Assembly: GCA_021791245.1 (NCBI GenBank)
Contig: JAJYWY010000012.1
Span: forward strand, 1 to 59,243
Origin: Candidatus Micrarchaeota archaeon
Lineage (GTDB): Archaea; Micrarchaeota; Micrarchaeia; Micrarchaeales; CABMGC01
Direction: 5' to 3'
Length of the DNA stretch: 59,243 bases
Shown: positions 1 to 9,882 of the stretch, piece by piece
Layout: the number at the start of each line of letters is the position of its first letter
Position numbering within the stretch: the first letter of the stretch is position 1
Translations under genes and position numbers: made by a program
Notes under the pieces: model-generated
Told to the model about the DNA's origin: nothing
Databases searched by the model: none
Seen by the model: only the letters and a program-made list of their open reading frames with translations

Positions 1-102
1 ATGGTTCCGAAATCCGCTCCGATGGCAACATGTGAGGACGGACAAAGGCAGAAGCGAAATGCAAGAGGAACCTCCTATCCCTCGGATAGGAGAGGATGTC
101 AG
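1..102 (+). mobile_element. Right end of an IS200/IS605-family element (truncated by window start)
   Basis: Hairpin CTCCTATCC-ctc-GGATAGGAG (72-92) followed by AGGATGTCA(G). Same architecture as the right ends at 48210 and 56509 (CTCCC..GGGAG-AGGATGTCAC). Confidence 0.65.
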
Positions 103-187
103 ATTCAATATTGCATCTGTGGTAGTTGAATATGTGGCTACAGAATTCTAAAGTGTAGTCGCATATTATGGGGTCCTATGAAAAATT

Positions 188-943
188 TCAATATAAGTCA
201 GAATACAGCCTGCTTATTACGCTGCCCATCTTTCTGCTCTTTATGTCTCTCGGATATTTCTCTTCTATTACGAGCCTGTCCTTTATCTTTGACGGGGGCT
301 TGGACATAACTATTACCCTGTCTGACAGCGATGCAACCTCGTCTATGTTGTGGCTGACCATTATCACTGACTTCACCGAAATCCTCCTGTTCCTGAGCAT
401 GTATATTATCTCTCCCCTGAGCTGCGATGCAGTGAGCTCGTCAAGGGAGCTGAAGGGCTCGTCCATGAGAAGGATCTCGGGCCTCGATGCAACCGCCCTT
501 GCTATGCCTACTCTCTGTTTCATTCCGCCGCTCATCTCCCCAGGGTATGCATGCTCGAATCCTTTGAGGTTCACCTTATCGAGCATCTCCATGCTCCTGA
601 TCTGCTTGTCGTACTCGCTCAGGGAAGTATTGTCCAGCGCTAGCTTGACGTTATCGAGTGCAGTGAGCCATGGAAGGAGGGCAAAGTTCTGGAATACCAG
701 CGATATCTTGCTGCTTGGGTGCTCTATTTGATTGCCTCTGTAGAATATCTTGCCTGAAGACGGCTTTATCAATCCTGCAATCATCCTTATCAATGTCGAT
801 TTGCCGCATCCAGACGGGCCTATTATCGAAAGGAATTCGTTGTCGTAAACGCTGAAGCTTATGTCGTCTATTACCTTGAATGTGACATTGTCCCTCAGAA
901 AGGAGAGCGAGACGCCGTCTATCTCAAGAAGCGTTTTGGGCAA
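188..943 (-). CDS. NitT/TauT-family ABC transporter ATP-binding protein
   Basis: Walker A GPSGCGKS, signature MSGGMKQR, Walker B LLMDEPF, H-loop VSHN. Confidence 0.93.
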   Translation of the reverse strand: MPKTLLEIDGVSLSFLRDNVTFKVIDDISFSVYDNEFLSIIGPSGCGKSTLIRMIAGLIKPSSGKIFYRGNQIEHPSSKISLVFQNFALLPWLTALDNVKLALDNTSLSEYDKQIRSMEMLDKVNLKGFEHAYPGEMSGGMKQRVGIARAVASRPEILLMDEPFSSLDELTASQLRGEIIYMLRNRRISVKSVIMVSHNIDEVASLSDRVIVMSKPPSKIKDRLVIEEKYPRDIKSRKMGSVISRLYSDLY

Positions 944-947
944 TATA

Positions 948-2549
948 TCATCCGAACTTATATCTTGAAATTACCTTATTATAAACATTCTGCCATACGA
1001 GTTTGTTTATTATAAGCACCATTGCCACCATTGCAATTACCGAGACAAGCATCAGCGAAAGGTTGCCGCTGAACGTTGCCTTGTCTATAAGCTTTCCTAT
1101 TCCGAATCCGACCTGCGTGAGAACCACCTGGCTGCCAGTGCTAGACTGTACCGTGAAATACTCTGCAACTATCAGGGAGTTCCACGCCCCGCCTATTGCG
1201 GTTATGGAGCCTGTTACGAATGAAGGGAGTATTGCTGGCAGGTATATGGTCTTGAAGGATTTCCATCTGCTTAGCCTCAGCATGTTCCTGAGTTCAAGGG
1301 TCTGCAAAGGTATGGTTTTCATGCCTGATATTACGCTGAAGAGTATATACCAGATCATAGCCAGGAAGATTACAAAAGCCGCAGTAATCTCTCCGCCAAA
1401 AGGCAGGATAAAGAGTATGGCAACGGCAGCAGGCAGAAGTATTGTTGCAGGTATTGCAGATAAGACCTGCAGCAGGGACATTATCGGCTCGAACGCCTTT
1501 GTAGAAAGCGCGAGGAAGATGCCAAGCGGCACAGCTATGGCTGCGCATATTATATAAATTATCCATACCCTTGCAAACGAGGCAGCGAGCGCAGTCATCA
1601 CTTCAGGAATCATGCTTGCAGTGCCAGAATATACTGCTATCATTATGCCTGCGCCTATCAATATGAGTGTCAAATATGTTGCCATCTTCATTACCGCAGA
1701 GTTGTATTCCGGCTTCGCGAAGAAGAGAATCCTCTTAAAGTTGCTTCTCGGTATAAATTTCTTTACCGCCTTTATAGTTGACGCCGATTTGCTGAAGAAT
1801 ATAATGGCCGGGCTGAGTGCCGCCTTAATCCTGAAATATGTATTCCTATAAAATTCCAGTATTCTCGATTTCCTTCTCTCCTCTTCGTTCTCCCTGAACG
1901 AGAACCTTTCGGAATATACTGAGAACGGCTTCAGGAAAAGTATCCTAGTCATGACGACGAAAAATATGAAGACCATTATCGATGCTATGTATGCCTGCGT
2001 GTTCCCGGATGCGGCGAAATTGCTTATGTCAACCCCTATGCCATTGCTTACAGAAAAGTTCTTGTTTCCCGTGGAGAATATCTCGCTTGTCACGAGATAG
2101 AAAAGCCCTATGGACCATGATATTGTGGTCTGGTAGGCGATTCTGGGCAGCGAAGCCGGTATGTAAATCTTTTTGTACATTGTCCATTTTGAGAAGCCGC
2201 GGAGTTTTGCTATATCTATGAAATCAGTCGGTATTGATTTGACGGCTTCGTATATTCCGAACGTTATGTTCCATGCCATGCTCGTGAATATTAGCACTAT
2301 GACCGCAAGGTTTATACCTATAGTTCCAGGAACTATGGCAACTATCAGGTATATCGCAACTGGAAAGAACGCAAGTATCGGGATTGTCTGAAGCACGTCT
2401 ATTAGCGGCAGAAGGATCTTCTCCATCCTCTCATTTGTCGCCGCAGAGATTCCAACTATTATGCTGAAAAGTATCGATAGTATCAACGCTGCGAACATCC
2501 TGAGCCATGAGAAGCCGGTGTCGACCATCAATGCGCCTATATCCACCAT
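948..2549 (-). CDS. NitT/TauT-family ABC transporter permease (two fused TM modules)
   Basis: Two repeated permease halves (LQTIPILAFFP / LSAIPATILLP, each with an EAA-like loop); adjacent to the ATPase gene. Confidence 0.9.
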   Translation of the reverse strand: MVDIGALMVDTGFSWLRMFAALILSILFSIIVGISAATNERMEKILLPLIDVLQTIPILAFFPVAIYLIVAIVPGTIGINLAVIVLIFTSMAWNITFGIYEAVKSIPTDFIDIAKLRGFSKWTMYKKIYIPASLPRIAYQTTISWSIGLFYLVTSEIFSTGNKNFSVSNGIGVDISNFAASGNTQAYIASIMVFIFFVVMTRILFLKPFSVYSERFSFRENEEERRKSRILEFYRNTYFRIKAALSPAIIFFSKSASTIKAVKKFIPRSNFKRILFFAKPEYNSAVMKMATYLTLILIGAGIMIAVYSGTASMIPEVMTALAASFARVWIIYIICAAIAVPLGIFLALSTKAFEPIMSLLQVLSAIPATILLPAAVAILFILPFGGEITAAFVIFLAMIWYILFSVISGMKTIPLQTLELRNMLRLSRWKSFKTIYLPAILPSFVTGSITAIGGAWNSLIVAEYFTVQSSTGSQVVLTQVGFGIGKLIDKATFSGNLSLMLVSVIAMVAMVLIINKLVWQNVYNKVISRYKFG

Positions 2550-2663
2550 GGTTCATACTTCGCTGGGACTTTTTAAATACTTTTGCAGTTGCATAATGCC
2601 GTAGGAAGTTCAGTCAAGGCATGGATAGTACTAGGTGTTGGCTTTCCTAATGCCAGCCAACAG

Positions 2664-2984
2664 TTATTCGAAGATTTCTAGGAATGATGCCGCGAGTATG
2701 TTCTCGAGCACTGTCTCTACGAACTTGGATTTCTGCGTGCCCCTGTGCCTGCCGATGTAAAGATCGAACGTTTCCTTTATCTTTGGCCTGTGCTCGGCGT
2801 TATCGAGTGCATACAAGCCCAGCTGCATCGTCTTCTCGTTAAATTTGTCTCCGGATTCTTCCAGGATGCTTGCTAACAGCTCTGCGCATTTTTCATCGCA
2901 GACCCTCCTTTCGATCCAGTCGAGGTTTCCTCCTATTGACCCCCCATTTACCACTAAGACCCTCTCATTTCTCATATCCCCCAT
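2664..2984 (-). CDS. Hypothetical protein
   Basis: 106-aa ATG ORF filling the gap, with an AT-rich TATA-like region upstream. Confidence 0.55.
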   Translation of the reverse strand: MGDMRNERVLVVNGGSIGGNLDWIERRVCDEKCAELLASILEESGDKFNEKTMQLGLYALDNAEHRPKIKETFDLYIGRHRGTQKSKFVETVLENILAASFLEIFE

Positions 2985-3137
2985 CCCCTAATATTATTCT
3001 GAAAAATCTGGTATATAAAGTATGTGTACAAACTTCCGCTATACTATATTATACTTCGATAAAATATATTTTTGAAAGGATATGATCTGCCGTAATGCCA
3101 TATGTCAAAAATATAAAAAACCGGAGAAGGCAAGAAA

Positions 3138-5970
3138 AGTTTCAGGTATTAGTAATGGTGCGCTCGCAAGTCGCCGAAGCTCCCTGCTTACACGCCCATC
3201 CTATCAACGCCATGTACTATGGCGACCCTAGCGTCTCGTTTCGGATGCCGCTTCGCCCTTAGATGCTTTCAGGGCTTATCGGCTTGGCGCGTGGCTACCC
3301 AGCTATGCCAATGACAACTGGTAAACTAGAGGCGCCGATCTTCCGTTCCTCTCGTACTAAAAAGACCTTATCCTCCAACGCTAACACTCCCAGTAGATAT
3401 TACCGTACTGTCTCGCGACGTACTGAACTCAGCTCATGTAGGTCTTTGATGGACGAGCAGTCCAGCCCTTGGTGGCTCCTGCACCACCAGGATGACCTAA
3501 GCCCATATCGGTGTATCAAACGGCTGGGTCGATGTGAACTCTCACCAGCCACGAACCGGTTACCTCTAGAGTAACTTGTTTGACAGCTTGGACCCCCATT
3601 AAAAGAGGTACCAACGTTCGTTAAGCCCCACTTTCGTGTCTGCATCCCCCGCTTTTCAGGATACAGTCAGCCCCGCATTTGCCTTTGTGCTTAACAGCGG
3701 GTTTCCAACCCGCCTAAGCGGAGCGTTGGTCACTTTCGTTTCTTTATCGAAAGCAACCGCCCAGTCTAACTATCCACCTGCTACTGTCCCTTCTGGTAAG
3801 TTGCGTAGAAAGCGAAGAGTGGTGTTACAAGATCGCTCCGCCATGGCCGCAACCATGGCATCGACGCTCCCACTTACGCTCTGCAACGCTCGCCACACAA
3901 CAATAACAGGCTATAGTCAAGCTTCATAGAGACTTCATTTCCCACTGAGAGAACGCGGCATGTACACCGCGCAGTGAGTTCACCGGATCCAAGATTGGGA
4001 CAGTGGGACAATCGTTACGCCCTTCATGCAAGTCACCTATTAAGTGACGAGGTATTACGCTACCTAAAGAGAGTCAGAGTTACTCCCGCTCTTTGCTAGC
4101 GCTTAGTCCCGTTGAAACGGGGTTTCGCATACTAGTAGTGAGCAGGCGTCACCCACTGTACTGAGCGTTTCCGCTTTGCGGTGAGTTGTGTTTTTGATAA
4201 ACAGTCGTTGTCCCCGAGTCAATGATATCTGCATCTAGCCAGACGCAGACATGGCTTGTCGAAAACTTACGCCACTATTTTGCCGATTTCCCTAACCTTG
4301 GTTCTTCCGCCACACCTTGGCCTTTTCAGCCAGCAGCACTTGTACTAGTTCTAGGTACGATTCAATATGGTCGTTGCAGATTCCCTTTTCACGGGCCCAT
4401 GAATTCGGCCAATGTTCATTTAGCTGCTTCTCCTCATAACGAGACTCCGCAGCCATTTGCACTTCTTTTCGGCTTATCCACAGGCGTCAGAAATCTGCCT
4501 TGTGTTGCCACGCCTACATATTAAGCGCCTGAATATTAACAGGCTTCCCTTTTGCGCGGTAGTGATTGGCTCCGCGCTTAGGATCGACTAACTCCCTGCT
4601 GACGATCATCGCAAGGAAGACCTTGTGCTTCCGGTGTATATGATTCTCACATATATTTGCTATTACTAACACCAGGATTTTCACTAGTGCATTGTCCATT
4701 TGATCTTAAGACCAAATTTCTTGCAATGCACCACGCCCTCTTACCAGTCTTTAACTCTGGGGTCTCGGTACCTAGTTTAGCCCCGTCCATCTTCGGAAAA
4801 TTCAATCTTGATCGGTACGCTATTACGCGTTTTTTAAAGGATGGCTGCTTCTGAGCCTACCTCCCGACTGTCTTAGAGAGAATCTTCCTTCATGACACTT
4901 AACTAGGATTTGGGGACCTTAACCTCAGTCACCGCCTTTTCGGTCTCGCGACGCTAGCTTACCCAACGCCGCCGACTCCCGGAGTCTACACAGCATATGC
5001 ATTCGGAGTTTGAGAATCTAGTGATCCCTTTCGGAATCTTGCCAGATAATCGGTAGCTCTACCGCATATGCAAGCTCGTCCGGAGCTATCCTAAAGATAC
5101 TTCAGAGGGGACACGCTATTGCCACGTTCGAGAGGTATATCGCCGCTACCCGCAGCTCACCCAACAAGATATACTATGACAGGTTGCTGGCCTCCATCGG
5201 GCGTCAACCCGACTTCGCCATGGCCGCGCGTAGTTCACAGTGGCTTCGTGTCGTACTCAAGCGACTTAGGCATATTAATGCCCAGCGCCTCGTTTCCTGC
5301 GCGCTCTCGCTTTCACTATGCAGCATAAGCTGCTTGCCGCTCAAGTACACTCCCTGGCTCTTGCTTCGAGAAGAAGGATGCCACACTGTCATGCATGTCG
5401 CTCTGCCCTCTCGGGCATTCGCTTCCATGCACTCAACCTTTCATGCAGCATCTTCTCGTAACCATTTAGTTTCAGATCTTTTCAGCCCCACGCGTGTGGG
5501 TTCTTTTCAGCTTTCGCTCGCGCTACTTGTTCACTATCGGTCTCTGAGCAATATTTAGGGTTGGGGTTTAATGCCCCCGTCTTCGCACAACATAACCAGG
5601 TTGCGCTACTCTCCTGCAGCCGACTCATCTCGCATGGGTACGAGGCTGTAACTCTCTATGGCCCCCCTTTTCAGAAGGTTTCCCACGTCCGACGAGTCTG
5701 ATCTGCGCCACATCTCCTTGCCCCTTGCGGGACAGGATTCAGCATGCCCTCTGCTGCTTTCATTCGCATTACTTACAGCATCGCTTTCGCTTTCTTCTCC
5801 TGCGGGTACTAAGATATTTCAGTTCCCCGCGTGCGCTCACGCCACTATTCATGGCGTGCATTCGGCAATCCTTGGTTCAAGGGCTGACTTGCGCCTACCC
5901 AAGGCTTATCGCAGCTTGCCACGGCCTTCTTCGCTCTCAGAGCCTAGCCATCCACTAAATGGCTTAAAAA
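3138..5970 (-). rRNA. rrl: 23S rRNA (stand-alone; no 16S or 5S adjacent)
   Basis: Minus strand has a typical 5' start (AAGCCATTTAGTGGATGGCTAGGCT), sarcin-ricin loop AGTACGAGAGGAAC and PTC segments. Ends are bracketed by a 15-bp inverted repeat. Termini approximate. Confidence 0.97.
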
Positions 5971-6075
5971 TTTCTTGCCTTCTCCTCAATCAATTGCATC
6001 ACGCAATATCACAGCTGGCATATGCTAAATTAGAAAAAACATTTGCCAGGCATCGGAATATATTTGCATCAGAAG

Positions 6076-6091
6076 GTTTAAAAGGTTTTTC
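6076..6091 (-). promoter_or_regulatory. Putative BRE/TATA promoter of the 23S rRNA gene
   Basis: Minus strand GAAAAACC-TTTTAAAC about 100 nt upstream of the mature 5' end. Confidence 0.55.
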
Positions 6092-6108
6092 GGTATTCCT
6101 GACCAGCA

Positions 6109-7959
6109 TCATGCGCGCTGCCCATTGTTCTCAAGGAAGTATTCGCACAGCATTGAAGTTGATATGAGCGCGTATTTCTTTTGCATTGCATCTGATTCGT
6201 CGAAGCCGAGGTTGTGCGCAGAGTACCTGAGCTGAGGTATCCTGTAATTATTCATGTCCTCGTCTGCAGATACCCTGAAGGCGAACTCCCTGAGCATCCG
6301 CACAGTCTTGTGCAATCTTGCGATCTTCTTGTTCTTTGCAAGCATTCCAGGCAATCTTATATTGTCTGACAGCTTCTTCTGCCTCATCAAGATTCTTTCG
6401 AACTCTACAAGCTGCGACAGCTCTTCGTTCGAGTCTATTGGAGTATGTATGAACTTTAAGTCGTTCTCAAGTTTCACGATATCTTGTATCACATGGTAAT
6501 AGTAATCGGTATGCGAGAAATCTATAAGCCACATGTTGAGATTGTCGTCGAGTATTATATTGCCAGCATTGAGGTCGCCATGTGAAAGGGCCTGCCTTAC
6601 ATACGACACTTTCCTTTTCAGAAGCTCGTTTATGTTCTTTTCGCTGTAGAAGAGCGTAGGGTTTGCGAAGTCTCCAACCCCTTTAAATGAGATCGTGTCC
6701 CCTCTCGGCTCATGTCCTAGTATCTTCATTATGTTATCGCGTATCTTGCTGCAGCGCTCTGGCGTGAATGTATTGGAAGACCAGAGCTGTTTCTTCTCAA
6801 GGGTCCAGTTGCTGTACAACGGGGTTAGTATCTCGTCGAACAGTATGCTAACGTTCTTCTCTAGCCTGCTAATGTCTTTCTTTGTGCCTTTTACAGACAT
6901 GAAGAATTCCTTGAACGTCCTGGCGTTGCTGTTCTTGTTCATCATGGCGAAGGAGTATCTTATCCCTGCCCCCTTCTCGGTCTCTACGGAGTTTACTATC
7001 TTTGGTACATGAGGCCCAAGTATGTACTGCACCTTCTCGAAGCCCACCCTCTCCTTGCCTATCTTCTCCATACTGTCAAGCTTCATTATTGTAGGTGCAA
7101 GCTGGAACCCATGCCTGTCAACGCTATTTACGAAGAGGACCTTGGATCCGCTGTATCCTCCTGAAAGCTCCTTTATTCTTATGGACTTGCAGTCCCTGAA
7201 CAAGTATTCTGCTATCCTCTTCTCCTCTTCAAAAAGTTTTACTCTCTCTATGTATCCTATTGATGGAACGTCAAATCCCCTGAGGCCCAGTGAAGCCCTT
7301 GTTCTCACATTTAACCAGTTCCCGAACTGCTTTATGCTGTTGAACACTTTGACCCCGTACATATTCGAAAGATCCTCAAGCCCCTGGAAATGCCTTCTTA
7401 TGTTGTTGCTTGCGGTTAACGCGGAACACACTGCTATGTTGTCCATGTTGTAGAAGCCCTGCAGCGCTATGGCCATCTCCTCCACCTTTATGTTCGTAAG
7501 CACGCCGATTATTCCTATTCTTACATCTGACTTGTCTGTGTTTCCTATTGCCTTGTCCAACGCATCCTTGAATATATCCTCGGAGGCGGCGAGTATCTTT
7601 GTAGAATTTACCGTATAGGTATTGCCCCTCTCCTTGAGTATCCCCTTGTTCTCCCATACGAATTCCGCGCCCCACGTATTCTCCATGCAGTGCGGACCGT
7701 ATATGGAAAGTTCATGCTTTTGAGAAGGATCTGCAAGACTATGCCAGTCCCTTACATGTATTATGCCCATGTCTTTCTCGCTTTCCATATAGCAGGATTC
7801 CAAGAACTTCATCAATGGTCCGTTTTTCCAATCCATGCCTAGAAGCCTGAGGGATTCGTAGTATCCTATATGCAGTGGATTTGGAAGTGCGTCATCCTTT
7901 TCGACCCTGCTTATCATGTCGTTTGAGAGACTTATTGTTACCAGTATCGATTTTGCCAT
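6109..7959 (-). CDS. Isochorismatase/nicotinamidase-like domain fused to an APH/choline-kinase-like phosphotransferase
   Basis: N-terminal RDWH...GPHCMENTWGAEF (PncA-like). C-terminal GGYSGSKV Gly loop, HGDLNAGNI catalytic loop and WLIDF. Confidence 0.8.
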   Translation of the reverse strand: MAKSILVTISLSNDMISRVEKDDALPNPLHIGYYESLRLLGMDWKNGPLMKFLESCYMESEKDMGIIHVRDWHSLADPSQKHELSIYGPHCMENTWGAEFVWENKGILKERGNTYTVNSTKILAASEDIFKDALDKAIGNTDKSDVRIGIIGVLTNIKVEEMAIALQGFYNMDNIAVCSALTASNNIRRHFQGLEDLSNMYGVKVFNSIKQFGNWLNVRTRASLGLRGFDVPSIGYIERVKLFEEEKRIAEYLFRDCKSIRIKELSGGYSGSKVLFVNSVDRHGFQLAPTIMKLDSMEKIGKERVGFEKVQYILGPHVPKIVNSVETEKGAGIRYSFAMMNKNSNARTFKEFFMSVKGTKKDISRLEKNVSILFDEILTPLYSNWTLEKKQLWSSNTFTPERCSKIRDNIMKILGHEPRGDTISFKGVGDFANPTLFYSEKNINELLKRKVSYVRQALSHGDLNAGNIILDDNLNMWLIDFSHTDYYYHVIQDIVKLENDLKFIHTPIDSNEELSQLVEFERILMRQKKLSDNIRLPGMLAKNKKIARLHKTVRMLREFAFRVSADEDMNNYRIPQLRYSAHNLGFDESDAMQKKYALISTSMLCEYFLENNGQRA

Positions 7960-8100
7960 CTAATTCATGCTTGTTGTTTGTAAGGTAAGGAAAACCACGC
8001 TAAAATTATATATGTTGCTTTTCAAAACACTGATTTCACAGAATATTTTCGTATACAAATCGAGAGCAATCTTTATAAAGGCGTAAAATGGGATTATACT

Positions 8101-9045
8101 ATGAAATATTACCGCATTAAAATAAATTCTGCGATTGGAAGAGATATGCCGACTGACACCTTTGCAATAAACTACAAAAATCTTGAGCATATTGAGAATT
8201 CGCGCTCCCTTGAAATACAAAGGAGAGGGATAAAAGGGATAAAATCAAAAAGTAAGTTCAAAGCAAATGGCAGAATGATTGCCACGGTCTCGACGATTGC
8301 CATAGCCTGCAGTCTTCTTTTCAGCAAGCCGGCGCCAAAGAGCATGAAAACATGGCAAAGTTCGCTTCAAAGCGCTATTAGCATGCAATCCCATACAAAT
8401 AAGGAGGTGCGCGAAAATAACGCGTCATCAAAAAGCGAGAATGCAGACCATAATAAAGGCGGCCTTTACAAATTAATTAGGGCAGAAGATATAAAGGATG
8501 CGAAAGCCACGCTTGAGAAAAGAGAAATATCTATATTCGGGCAGGAGCTAAAGTCGATGTTAAGATACGACGGCATGACAATATACGGCGGTTTATCCGA
8601 TAGATACCTTTCGGAAGTCCTTGTGGAAGCAAGGTGGTCATCAGCAAAGCTTGGCATACCATTCGGTTTTGTCCTGTCGGACTGGCTTATGGAATGCGGG
8701 AAATTATCTTACCTAAGCGTTCAAAACATATTAGACAACAATCTCTCAAATATGGGATACGAAACACAGTATGGATTCCATCTGTATTTTTACAATAACC
8801 TGCATTCCTTCGCAGAAAGCTATGTATCGACTCTGGGCAGAGCAGGCGCAAAAGACACAAGCAATTATTATGCTATCGTGTCTAAAATGATAAAAGCAAA
8901 CTTTTTTGTCGGTGAAAGCCCTGTCGACTATTACGAAAAAGTCATGGGCACACGCGTATGCATTGAAAAAACCATAGATATCGAAAAGAAAATAGAGGAA
9001 ATTGGCACAAAATTTCCTGTTTCATCAAACCCCAAAAAATTATAA
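8101..9045 (+). CDS. Membrane-anchored protein with a putative GH73/lysozyme-like (glucosaminidase) domain
   Basis: Hydrophobic segment IATVSTIAIACSLLF. C-terminal GIP..VLSDWLMECG..NNLSNM..YNNLHSFAESY..FF..DYYEKV parallels the GH73 pattern. Start may be ATG 8146. Confidence 0.55.
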   Translation: MKYYRIKINSAIGRDMPTDTFAINYKNLEHIENSRSLEIQRRGIKGIKSKSKFKANGRMIATVSTIAIACSLLFSKPAPKSMKTWQSSLQSAISMQSHTNKEVRENNASSKSENADHNKGGLYKLIRAEDIKDAKATLEKREISIFGQELKSMLRYDGMTIYGGLSDRYLSEVLVEARWSSAKLGIPFGFVLSDWLMECGKLSYLSVQNILDNNLSNMGYETQYGFHLYFYNNLHSFAESYVSTLGRAGAKDTSNYYAIVSKMIKANFFVGESPVDYYEKVMGTRVCIEKTIDIEKKIEEIGTKFPVSSNPKKL

Positions 9046-9077
9046 CGGGGCACATATTAGTAGAGCCCGGAAATTCT

Positions 9078-9347
9078 TTAGATGAATATGCCCTTCTTCT
9101 TCAATCGCAATCTCCTATGTATATTCCTGCCATGTTTTCTTATGTGCCTGTTTACAGTTTTTCCATGCCTGCTGATCTCTCTGCTCATATGCATGTGCAC
9201 TTTCCTATGCAGTTTATGCCTGTAAAACCATTTGTGTAGGAAATGCGTAAGCGATATATATCCTGAGATAGGGAAGAAGCTTATGACCACATAGGCTATA
9301 TCCCTAAAGAATTCCCGAACTGTGCTTATGTCCTTTTTCTTATCCAC
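9078..9347 (-). CDS. Small hypothetical protein with one hydrophobic segment and a His/Arg/Lys-rich tail
   Basis: Likely GTG start (VDKKKD) after an AT-rich promoter; the ORF is open from 9404. Confidence 0.5.
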   Translation of the reverse strand: MDKKKDISTVREFFRDIAYVVISFFPISGYISLTHFLHKWFYRHKLHRKVHMHMSREISRHGKTVNRHIRKHGRNIHRRLRLKKKGIFI

Positions 9348-9810
9348 ACTTATATTTAGGTTAGAAAATATTAAATAATTGGCAATATTACAGAATCCAC
9401 ACAATCAAGGAAAATAAAAGTTCATTTTCTTATGCATAAGCCTCATATGCCCGCTTTTCCTTATCGCTTATTTTTCGCGTTCCACCAAAGGGCTTTTCCC
9501 ATTACTGTCGCAATCTTATGTTGTCCGCCAGCGCTTTGCATTTGTCCCATCTAATGCAAGGCTTCATATAACTAAATTCTTGATGTCTCTTTGCATTCTT
9601 GAACTTTGTAGAGAAATATACCGCCGCAAGAATGGCTAGATTAGGAGAAAATCAGCATATTGCGTGTGAGAATGCTGCATGAATAATATCACATAATTTC
9701 ATGGAAGAAAAGGTTAAGAAGGTTGATGATGATAAATAAATCGACTACGCAACGATTATTTTGTTGCGAGAAGTTAACATGGGGTATGTCACCTGACAAA
9801 ATCCTCGTGT

Positions 9811-9882
9811 GCTCTGGTAGTGTAGTGGTTAGCATGTAACCCTGTCACGGTTGAGACCCGGGTTCGAATCCCGGCCAGGGCG
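9811..9882 (+). tRNA. tRNA-Asp(GTC)
   Basis: GCTCTGG/CCAGGGC acceptor, TAACC-CTGTCAC-GGTTG anticodon arm, CCGGG-TTCGAAT-CCCGG T arm. Confidence 0.96.

Noticed and set aside
3263-6167. Several 60-170 aa ORFs over the rRNA
   Set aside because: They lie within the 23S gene and have no protein motifs. The ~2.83-kb length leaves no room for an intron or homing endonuclease.
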